DNA from: Aplysia californica
Lineage: Eukaryota
DNA: 64,000 bases
Assembly (NCBI RefSeq): GCF_000002075.1
Contig: NW_004797412.1
Span: 37,493-101,492, forward strand
Direction: 5' to 3'
Both the position numbers and the translations under genes were made by a program. Shown here piece by piece: positions 42,501 through 54,500 of the stretch; the stretch's first letter is position 1, and every line of letters begins with the position of its first letter. The notes under the pieces are model-generated. The model saw only the letters and a program-made list of their open reading frames with translations, did not search any database and was not told the origin of the DNA.

Positions 42501-45500
42501 CCTCATACTGTGACTAATGAAACTAGGAAAATCAGAAGAGAGTGCAGGGTGAGTATAAAAAAATATACCCTTGGAAAAAAATATTCATTACTTCGTGCTG
42601 TACAAGAATCATTTCCAAGTAAGAGCTATGGAACAACTAACTGGTGATCAGAGAGTATAAAAGCTGTGTCAATTCAGAAATCAATCTAGGTCTAGAGCAA
42701 AGAAATGCAGAAGGGGGAGGGGGGTGATGAGTTCATAAAACTGGAAACGCAAGACATGCTATGAATAGCAACATTGTATAGGCTACATTTTTGCCATTCT
42801 TTCTTCTGTTACGATGCTGCGATAGTTCATTTGCAGACCAGAGACCACATATAAACAACATCAATCAATGAAGATGGTATCATTTGAGTTGGAAGTCCAA
42901 GACTTTGTTAATCCTGATGATGACAAACTCCCCACTCATATAAAGGAACATGCTAATAATCTACTTTCAGCTTAAGAAAATTGGCAGTGTAAGAAATTAT
43001 TTAACTAAAGCAGCTGCCAAGACACTTGTAACAACACTCATTTTATCAAAGTTAGATTACTGTAATGTTATTTTGTCCGGTTTGACATCCGAAAAACTAT
43101 CAAAGTTACAAGTACTCCAAAATCAAGCAGCAAAATTGATAATGAAACAAAAGAAATCAGCCCATGTAACACCAATTCTGAAAGAACTACACTGGCTGCC
43201 AATAAAAGAAAGGATTAAATACAAAACTGCCGTTCTCTGTTTTAAATGTATAAATGATAGTGCACCTTTATATATAAAACATTTCTGGAATTATAAAATC
43301 CACCTAGAGCTCTTAGATCAACCTCTGACAATCTAATTCTTAAAACTCCAAAACAAAATTACAAAACATACGGCGAGCGTTCCTTTTTGTTCTTTGGTCC
43401 CCAGGTATGGAACGAACTCGCATATAAAATAAGATCTGCCCCAACAATTTCCATTTTCAAAAATCAGCTGAAGCATTTTTTATTCACAAAAGCATACCTG
43501 TCATAATGATGTACTGTGATATTTTTGCATGTGTATGCCAGACTGTGAGACTGAAGAAATAGCGAGTGAGAATGAGAGAGAGANNNNNNNNNNNNNNNNN
43601 NNNNNNNNNNNNNNNNNNNNNNNNNNNNNNNNNNNNNNNNNNNNNNNNNNNNNNNNNNNNNNNNNNNNNNNNNNNNNNNNNNNNNNNNNNNNNNNNNNNN
43701 NNNNNNNNNNNNNNNTGTATAGAATTAATGTTTTAATGAATGTTTCTAGTTACTCACGTTTCAACTTTATTTTGACTGTTCGTGAATTTTTATTGCATTG
43801 TATATTTTTAGTGAACACATTTTCAACCTCACTGCGAGACTGTTTTTCTGGTATAAAATTTTACACATATGCATTTATATTATATGTATAATACTTTGTT
43901 TTACGTACACATTTGTGTCGATTAAGTTTTAAGATGTGATGTCTTTTTCATTGTAATGCGCATTGAGTATCTTTTAGGAAATGGAAATGCGCAGTATAAA
44001 TGCTATTTATTATTATTATTATTATGACAACAAGGGAATGTAGAATTTGCCTTTCTTTAACATCCCAGAAATTTAAAGCAAATGACATTATTCCCACCCC
44101 CAACCTAAATCATCATTTACCGCAGTGGAAGTTCCTGACGAGAGACACCAGGGTTGCTGCTGGAGTTACTTCTGTTTGATCGTTTTTGATTCCGGAAAAA
44201 CTCCACCTGAAAGCAAACAAATTAATTTTAGAGCCCCTGAGCATAGGTAGTTAAGTAAATTTAATTTTTGTTCACAGCACAGCCAACATTCTATTGGAAT
44301 TCTTTCTCTTATTCTGGAAACCACTACAGTAAGCCTCACTTGTAATAGTCTCGATAACAACATGATATTGGCTATCACAGACATACAATAAATCCCCAAG
44401 TCTTGTCTCTTATAATGTATAGAAAGTTTTTAAAATGTTTTATAATAGCAGGCATTCGGACAGACATGTCCGGTAAAAACATAGGTTCTGTCACTTACAA
44501 AATCCTAAAACAATGGACAAGACAGAAGAAAAAAAGCAAATGAAGCAAAACAACATCCAACATGGCAAAAGCATCTTGCACCTACATGACCCACAGGCGG
44601 TTTAAGTTGCTTGAGTACACATTTTATGATGTATCTTACTGTGTGCAGAGGAGGGAAGGGGAAAGTTGGACCTACTGGCACAAATTTTCCAGTGCCTCAG
44701 CATGATGTTGGTCTGGCACCACAAAATCATGTCGTCTCCCCTCGGAATGATGAGATTTGTACCAGGAATTAATGACAATGAAAAGTTGTCACTGGGAACC
44801 AGATGAGTCTCAGATCTACATGTGTTCCTTTTCTAAACTGTGGCAACTATTCGACTACGAATAGTTGTACAGCGCACAGAGCATGCTACAGTCACTGAGG
44901 GTGTGACTGGTTTGTAAGGGTAAAGTATTGAAATACTAATTACATTGATCAGTATCAATAAGGAAGGAGAAAAGTTGACAATTTTGTGAAATAAGCAAAA
45001 TTGGCCTTTGAAGGGAGGAAGGATGTATTAATAATAAATAGCATTAGTACAGCGCATATTCCCGCTCAACAGCAGGCTCTATGCGCTTTACACTATATTA
45101 TTACCCCAACAGACCATAGAACGCTCCGAAACATTCTCAGCTTCCCGGAAGCATACAGTGCAAGCAGCTGATTAAGCGCTCAAACACTAACAAACTGACA
45201 AGATCTTTCGCTGTCTATAGCTGGGTACCCATTCCCCCTTTACGGGATTCGAACCCACGACCTTACGGTTGCGAGTCCGAGATTGTACAGCACCTAAATG
45301 CTCTCCACTTAGTCTGAATGAACTGACGTGACCCCTGACTATTAAGTCTTTTTCGAAGTCAGTTTTAGTTGATGTGGGCTTATAACCCATGGAGAGCAAA
45401 ACGTGGTTAACCTTTTTCACCAATCACAATTGTCTCTTCATAATTTGAAGAGGCATGCCATTTCCACTTATCCAATAATGAGCTTTCAGTTCTTGGTCAT

Positions 45501-48500
45501 TGCTGCTCTCCTTAACCTGTCCAAAAATTATAGCTTTCCATCTCCGACTGAATTTCCCGCTCATGTCGTAACGTATCATTGTGTTGCGACGGCACCAATC
45601 AAAATTTGAGAAAGAACAAAACATGGCTGGACGACTAACAGATGACTACATCAAGCAAGTGCGAAGAATGCACACCATTTTGCCTAGCAAATGGCTTTAA
45701 GGTGAATTAAAATGCAATGATCAGGGAAACAAAAGCACGAGTTCAGTTCGATATCGTACAGTTCGATGTGGCCATGTAGGTCTTCCCACTCAGAGTATGA
45801 TGTAAGTTCAGACAGTAGACTCAAATGTGAGTGCAACGTTTGGCAAAAACAAGCATGGTGACGAGTTCACACCTCTGTGTGAACCTGTCTGGCGCAAACA
45901 TTGCACCCAGTCATCAATATTTACACCAGGGCTATGATCACTCACTTGAGAGGATGAATCTGTGATGCAGGCATGGGGCAATATTTTGATTGTGAATTTT
46001 ATCTGTTTGGTCAATCAGCTGCGCAGGTCCGAGTTTTTTGTTAAGTAAATTATGAGCTGCAAAGAAGGACCTTAGCTGAATATAGATCACGGCATACAAA
46101 CAGCGCTCTTTTAGTTGGCTGGGCGATGGAGTGACCGGGTCACGGCGGGCCGGTCACATAGAGGTCACTCACCCGACCTCCCGCTACCTGCGTCGGTAGC
46201 CCATGAAATGAATTTTTCAACACATGTTTCATCGTCTTAAACAAATAAAAAATATCATACGTGAACACAAGTTTGTTCTTTAGAGAAAGCAACTAAACTT
46301 CTTTATTGGTACGAAATAGCAATACCATGGCCGCTCACGTTTTGGAGTTAGATGCTCTTAAAATGTATGTCTATTTATAGTCAGTAAAAAAACCCCACAT
46401 ATTGAGTGGCTAATAACTTATTAGCCTAACGATAAATATTTACCAAACTGCCACGTAAGGCAGGCAATTATGTTAAGAAATTGACTCACTCAAAATGTTT
46501 CAAGCATGATCATGGCACGTGTCATGAGCATGATAGCCAAAACGCTTCCCTGCATTCCTGACTTTTTGTATCCAATGGAATGTGTATCCTCCTGAATAAT
46601 GATATACTGACGTATTTTCAATATACAGCGCCAATTTCTTTTCACAAAATGAACATGTACAGAATAAAAGTATAAATTTATACAATTTTTCTTTCTAAAC
46701 ATATCCAGCAGCACACAATGAGGGAGCTATTAGCAGGAGATGCGACACAAAAATAAAACGCATTATGTCTCTCTGGTTTGGGATCTTTCGTGCTCTGGCT
46801 TCCAGTTTTGAGATCGCTTGGTGGCTGCTTTCTGTGTCCTATTCTCCTAAAAGCCTGAGAGCAAACATGTGTTGTTGTATGTGTGGAATACAGTGTTGCT
46901 ATGATATATGTTGCTTTGGGATGACTTTGCAGGGAAATAGCGTCTGAATGCGGCCATATTGTCGATTGCTACAAGATTTCTGGAAGTGAAAATTGTTCGA
47001 CTGGTTTGAGATGTGATATTGCAGCGTGAACATGGTTAAATCTTTCATTGAGAAGATTGAATATTGCTTCCAGTCCACTTGCTTCCTCAAGTTTTGCAGT
47101 TTCGCGGGAGTATTTTCTTGTTTCTGTACAAATTGTGTTTGTTAATTCCTTGCATACATGGGGATGGAGGGAGGTATGCTTGGGGTGTTTTGCGATGTTT
47201 GCTTGAAATGGATCTTTGTATGCAGTCACCCAAGCAGTGCCGACAAAACGGAGAAGGAATTCACATTTATGCTATTGTCAAACGCACACCACATGTTCCT
47301 ACTAGCGTCAACAGCTTTTTTGCGGCATGAATTGATGTGACGTAACACCATATCTCCTTTTGATAGTTGAAATCGCAGTAAAACATTTGACACAAATGTT
47401 AGTGGAATACGACTGTTCATTTTCGTCCCATTTTCATCAATCCCATAAATCAAGAGAATATCTCCTATTGTCTTATATAATCGGGGCTTTCTGTACTTTT
47501 TTGTTTGACAGTTAAATTCAAACGCCAACACACCCGACAAAGTTAATTCAGAGACTCTCTATGCCTCTCATATGTGTGACCCATTGCAGTTTAACAATTT
47601 TTACTTAGGAACACAATTCACTAACTCATTGCCAGTCACTGCAAAGAGCTGGAAAAACAAAATCCACATCATTAGAAAATATGATTTGATGGCTATCACA
47701 CAGCGTAAACAGAAATAAACACCAATGTTTCATTTTCGAATGATTTGTTATTAAATTTGAAGAGATCACAATATTAACGGCGCTTCCCATCACTTAACAC
47801 TCACAATTTAAAACTGTTATTCCCAAACGAATCAATGAAAACTGTTGAAACTTTCACAAGATACCAAGAAGACGTAGATGAAGCGAAACTGGTGAAGAAG
47901 TAGATTCTAGGGGTAGAGTGAGCATCATTTTACGGCTCATGAAATTAGGGGAAGAAACGCGATCTGATAAGGACAAGATAGGACAGCGCTGTGCACGAGT
48001 TGACCGCGGTCAATCCCCGACTTGACACATGAAATTGCAGCTCACCTGCCGGTGATTTATAGGCCTACCGCGGGGGGGCCGGACTAACTAAATGATCGCT
48101 GAGACAAAATTTTGGACGCCGTGAGATAGCCCTTCAGAGCTGGATCTCGTGAATGAAAAATTGTGTTGAAAAATTGTTTTCATAAAACGGTGGGAGCTTA
48201 AGAGAGCCGGGATCATGAACGAAAGAGTTTTAGGCGCACACTGCTGTATTGTTTTTCTCTTATTACCATTATCATAAAGTATGTTTAAACGTTTGGTTTG
48301 CTCAACTGTATAGTAGCTCACCTTGAGTTGAGTTCCATCTTCAAATCTGTAATCATTCAACTGTTCCACACATCTATTTCAGAGAAAACAAAACAAAACA
48401 AGTTTACGAACATGGAAGCTCAAAATAAATGAGCAAAGAGAATCCTAATTTCTTTTTAACACAAAATTAAGTACATTATTCTATTGAGTGGGTACCAAAG

Positions 48501-51500
48501 CGGTCGACGACAAAAACACCGGGTCCATCAGTTAGGCACATCACAGACATTAGATTCGACAGGTTTGTTCATTATTTAATTTACGGTGGTAACTGTCCCA
48601 AAGTCATAGGTGCAAACAGGGTGCTGGATAAGGAATTAACAACATAAAAAAAAAAAAAAAGTAATTTCAATTACTTTAGGATCATTAAATACTCACTCTT
48701 CTGCTTCTTCTGGGGTACTGAACGTCACATAAATAGCACCTTCTGAGCCAACTGAGGGAAACAGAATTTTGTTTTAATCAATTTAGTGTAATGGGCTTTC
48801 TAAAACACAAAACACGTATTTTTGTTTCAAGCCGTTTATTTTAACCATCAAACTTGGTATTTCCCCTATGTCTTCATGTTACCATCTAAATCTAAAAGTG
48901 GTAATTTATTCTTCTAACACAGGGCACGCTCCTTACCAATTGGCAGTTTTAGTAAAAAGGCAAAAAAGATACTTAAAAATCCTATCTGCGTGATCTGACA
49001 CAGTGTCTTATCAGTCATCTGACACAGTGTCTTATCAGTCACAACTCCAGTATATACGACTCGCCCATGGTGATGAGTCTGCAGAGAAGATCCAGAGAGA
49101 AAAGTATCCATATATATTTAACTTAAAGCAATGCAGAGCTGATGGAACCTTTCATTGTTACCAGCAATGAATACCCAGAGAAATGGGTCAAAATGGAAAG
49201 ATGAGCACACTTGATACTACTATTGTGGTCATGTCACTTTGCAAATTTCTGCCCTACTGACAGCCATAGTTCAAATTTACACCATATTCAAACCTGCCAA
49301 CCACATAAAGAATCGGGAGTCTCCAGAACCCTTATAGATTAGGATTATATAACAAACCAAGAGTGGCAAATAGAGATCAACCAATGGAAGCGGAATTCCA
49401 AGACAAAAAGATGCAGATCCGATCGGGGTTCCTCATCCGGTTAAAAAAAAAGAAGCTATTTCACTGCAGTACTTGGCAGTTCGGCATATTTGTTAACATC
49501 ATTCTATAATCCTTGAAGAAAAGAAAAGCACCTATTATGCAATTAAACAATTACATCAACTGTTTGCAAATAACCCTCTGAATCGTATTGAGACCCACAA
49601 GTTTTTATTTGAAGTACTCAACTACACACTCACCTTGTTCAAACTTTTTGTGATTCCTTGATGTAACATTTACAAGCTCTTCTATTTGTTCCTTTGAACA
49701 GTGAGATGGTACATTCCGAATCTGAATCTTGTTGGTTCTTGGCCTACAGGAAACCAATGATATAACAATCGTTAGCATTGGCCTATAGCAAATCTCTTAT
49801 GGCAATCCATGGGAAAGACACCAGAAAAATGTACCGGTCTGGTGATAAAATATTTTAAAATCTTTTTTAAAATCTATTTTGACGAGTAATTGTATGAGGA
49901 ATCCATTTCTGATGTTTGTTTTGGTTGAAAATATACTTAAGACTTGAAAAATTGCGGAAAAGAATGCAGTGTTTTTTATTTTTTAAGAACTCTAAAAATT
50001 ACAAATTTGAGCCTCAGCACACTGATTTGCAAGCCATTCATTGAAAGTATCGTTGGAAACCCAAGACCAATATGTGAAAGCTTTTCTAAACCGATGATAG
50101 GTGAATTATTACAAGATGTAATGTGTCTTGTACTCATACTTTGTCATGATGTATCAAGAACGCAGAATAATAAATTTTGAATATATGATCAAAAGCCTGT
50201 CAGGTGTGGGTAGTCAGCAGAGGTACACAAACAATAACTATGTATAAAAATATTATTCCAAGGTGTTATTCTGCTTCAGACCTGAGCGCAACACATTGTC
50301 TCCATCACTGTACACTACACAATACTAACAAGTGAAAGTACAAACCTTTTCTTTCCATTAGATGGTTCCGCCTGCAACTGACATCCTTCCAGTGTGTACC
50401 CTGAATCAAGAGAAAAGACAATGGTTGCACTGAAACATATGCCAGGGCAACTTCTATTGCTCTTCGGTTCTACATGATAAAATTGTAACAACATTATGGC
50501 AAAACATGGATGAAATAAAGCTCACAGCTTGTGGGGATCTGTGCATCTGGTAAAGCTCATTGTAAAAGTTCAGGGTTTGACCTATTGCACAATCAGAAGC
50601 TCAAAGAAGGGACTGTCTTGGTGACGGAAGATGTCAAAAAAATCATTCCAAATGAAGGATTCAGTTCAATTTAAAAGGAATCTATGGAAGAAAATATCAG
50701 CCTAAAATCTAAAATAAATAAATGACTCAGGACCTATTAAAACTAATGGAAGTGGAAGAGGAAGGCAGGCCAAATCAAACATGGAAAAGTGTTATAGTTC
50801 CTTGAATAAGGAAATAAAGGAAAAATATAAGGATGCAATAGAAACATGGTTAAAATGACCAGTGTCAAGAAAATAAAGATAGCAAATTCATGCATTCCAA
50901 CATTTTTTATTTTTTTTTATAGTAGAGGGTTTTAGGCGCTCGCAACTGCATAAGGCCATATGAGCGCCAAGGGGCGGGTGTCAACAGGGAAGTCTTTACA
51001 GGGAATCAGACTTATTCTGCTCACCTCTCTAGCTTCAACAGCACAAGGTCTGCTTCGACTATCAAGGCAACCCGGAAATAGCGGGTCACAAGAGTGACAA
51101 ACATACAAAAGAAGTAGAGGAAAATGACAATAGTAAGGATTAAGAAAAAAAAAGCAACAGTTCCCTGTTGTAGATCAGGCATAGTTATGAGCGTGACATG
51201 AATCAGCAAATTTACAATTCTACTGTGCTTGAACGAGAAATGTCCCCCCTTTGGAAATGGCCTAAAGACACTACAGTCAGTGGCACAGCCCCGGGGGGTT
51301 CATTCCAAAATCAAAGATTAAGAAAAAGAGAAGTTTGGCAGGGATGTGTTGTCTCCAGACCTCTATAACCAATACAGTGAAACAATCCATAGAAACATAC
51401 AAAAAAGTCCTGGTCTCAAAGTGAATGGAGAAAAAAACATCAGATATGCTGATGACACAGTTTCAATTGCAGATTCAGAAAAGGACCTTCAATTGCTTCT

Positions 51501-54500
51501 TGATACTGATATGAGACAGTGAACATGAATAATTTTATTTTTAAATAAACGAACATAAGATGCATGGTATTATCTAGAACAGCAGTCATTTGTCATAAGC
51601 ATAGGTGAAAAGATCAAATGTGCTGCGACGTGGTGGAGTTGGGCATATATATGAGGTTTGGTATCATCTTAAACTTAAAGCCTGTCATTTGCCTTGCTTT
51701 TGGTGAAAAAATATCCATCTTACTAAGTAGAATAGAAGTTGAAATATTCGCGACTGAAGGAGGTCAGGGTCACTTGGTTTCAGAGGTGAAATTAGCGAGA
51801 AAATGGCCTCCAAAGTTTCGTAATTTCCATAGCTTGAGAGTGCTTGGAAACTGAAAATTGACATTTATTTTTTGTGCTTTTAATCAATGTTTTTTCAGTA
51901 AAATCCAGACAGAAATGTATTTTTAAATGGAAATATATATAACATTAGAAAAAAATTGCCCAACTGTCAGAAAAATGCCAATTTCTTTGATTTCACGATT
52001 TTGACGAGCGCCCGAGATCACCATGATGCCTCACAAATACGTTCCACGTCTCTTGGGACATATTACATCCAATGCTAAATGATCTAGAGAAATAAAACAA
52101 AGAATCACAAAAGCTAAAGACAGCTTCAAAGAAATAAGTCCAATCTTGAGAAAAGAAAACTCAAAGACTGCTAAATCAAGGGTTCTTATAGGCAATGCTG
52201 CAATGTGTGGTCAACACTTTTATACGGTATATATGTTACAGTCAAACCCGGAAACTAGTCATTCTCAGGAAATGCCTGAAAATTCAGTCATTCTCAAATA
52301 ATTCATGTTTTGATCAGGCATTTCCAGGAATGCCAAAAAATATTTGTCATTTTCTGAGAATGACTGAAATAGGCAGTCAGGCATTTCCTAGGAATGACTA
52401 CCATCGGAAAAAAAAATAAATGGCGGAACGACAGATGTAAAGTAAATGACAGGGGGTGCATGCGGTAACGTATTCATCCCGTTTAATGAAAACAAATTTA
52501 ATAATAAAAAGTGATAATTAAATATAGAATGTTCATTTACATGAGCTCATTTGTTTTTGCTGTAGAGACTGGTGGCAACGACTATTACATTTTTGAGCTT
52601 TGCTTTGAAGCATTTGCATCTGTTAGTAATAGTTTGACATTTCTTTGATCTTAAACAGTTACATTTAATGTAACCTTGACCGCTACACTGAGAGCCAAAT
52701 ACAACCGCTTCTCTTAAACTGACATGTGTGGTGCAGTTAACATCAATCATCAGAAGAAATTTTTCAGGGCAAAAGTTCAAATTCGTTCCTGCTGTTTGCC
52801 CCTTTTAAAATTCCATGTTTGGTAGCCAGCGTGTAGTTATTGTTGTCACGTCTGTCCAAAACAACAGTCAAAATGTTTCATGGTTCACCACGGCCCCGAT
52901 CAACAAGAGGAATAGGAATGGCAACATTGTCACCGTTCTGGCCTGGAGCAAGTCCTATTCTACTTCTTTTTACCATCCGTTCTGCTTGTTCCATCTGGAA
53001 TTTCCTACTCTGCTCTCTATGAAAGTGTATTTGAGCCTGTCTAGCATCGAGAAGTGCCACGTTTTCAACAGTGCCAATGCCATCAACTTGGTCGACATGA
53101 GGATAATTCAGGCTTGTGGCTTGCCCGTTAGCAGCAGCAAATTATGTGACTTGGACAACGTCGGTGATTTCGTCGACAAGATGAGCAGCAACGTAAGCGA
53201 TTTCGTCGACGTGATGAGCAGCAACGCCTGTGATTTCGTCGACATGAGAACGAGCTGCTAGAGCTGTTTGCTGGGCAAAGGCTCGTAAAACATCCGCGGA
53301 CTGAAACTGGCCCAGCATTTCCGTTGGTATAGATGTTGAGGCCCACCCTTGGTTCAGTACCCAGCAGCGCCTGGTAAGGCGATCGTTTGACAGCAGCATT
53401 GAATGAGAGAGAGAGAGAGACAGACAGACACACAGGCAGGCAGACAGAAAGACAGACACACAGACAGTTAAAAACAATAGCTAAAACTGACCTGGCTTGA
53501 AGCTTGTATTGTCGAGCTGTTTTTCTGGCTACACCCAAAGTCGCCTGCAACTGATGTATAATTTCCTGATATTTTGTCTTGGGTAATAGGTAATTTCATA
53601 CTTTTCAAAAAGCCTTCTTGTAAAAGTTTCTTCACAAGGATTTTCAGCCATATTCAAGCTTAACTATAAAGTGAATATCTAATGACAGGTTACAGGTTTG
53701 TAACTTTCGCTACTCCTCACTTTCACTCAACACAGTTAAATCAACACCGCACTCAAACCATAACTGTGACAATGTAAATAGCACTAAGTGATAGTCAAAT
53801 GGTTTGCCTACTACTAGTGGTCAAAATAACAACCAAGCAAAGCTGGGAATCTGAGGCTTTAATTTTCGGTCATTCTCCAAGAGTGTCTAAAATTTTTAGG
53901 CATTCCCGGAAATGCCCGATCAAAGCAGGAATTACTTGGGAATGGCTGAATTTTCAGGCATTTCCTGAGAATGACTAGTTTCCGGGTTTGACTATAACAT
54001 ATATATATATGACTGCGAATAATGGAGAAATTACCAAAGTGAGGTGAAAATAAAATATTTAACAAATTAGGTTTCTTATAAGATCTTTTAAAAATTTCAT
54101 GGAATTAAACAGGAAAGTATAGAAAAAAGCTCAAATGGGCCGCTTACTAATATATATGAAGGAAGTGACAATTTCTGGACACTTGACATTTTTGAACATC
54201 TTGCTCTCACGAGAAAACAAAGAGGCAGGGCTGGATCCAGAACGACTTCTTTGGAAAATCTACACAGATCATAGGTGACAAGGATACACCAAGTAAAATA
54301 GTTTTTTTAAGAGCATCCAAGCGGAGCAATGAACTGAGAATCATGATTGTCCATGTCTGTTCCAGGCCTGGCACTTTATGATAATAAGTTTTGCAATAAA
54401 ATGCTGTTTCAGCACTCTGGAATTTTGTTGCAGCATCAACTTAAAAATATAATTTCGCAAAGGTGAGCTTTATTTTCAAACCTAACGATCATTTTTTTTA

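Larger units (their letters stand above)
51309..54385 (+). mobile_element. Old RTE-clade LINE relic interrupted by nested insertions
   Basis: Degenerate RT motifs QGCV.SPD and IRYADDTV (51335-51480), EIKQRITKAK and VWSTLLYG (52050-52230); resumes after the Ginger element and ends with an RTE-like 3' end near 54380. Confidence 0.7.

Noticed and set aside
48088-48321. Open frame continuing past IGF2BP exon 5 (VSYYTVEQ...)
   Set aside because: Strong AAG|gtgagc donor and a phase-0 match to exon 6 explain it as intron read-through.
48993-49041. Two CACAGTG RSS heptamers near the RAG-like element
   Set aside because: Simple 24-bp tandem duplication; no nonamer at 12 or 23 bp spacing.
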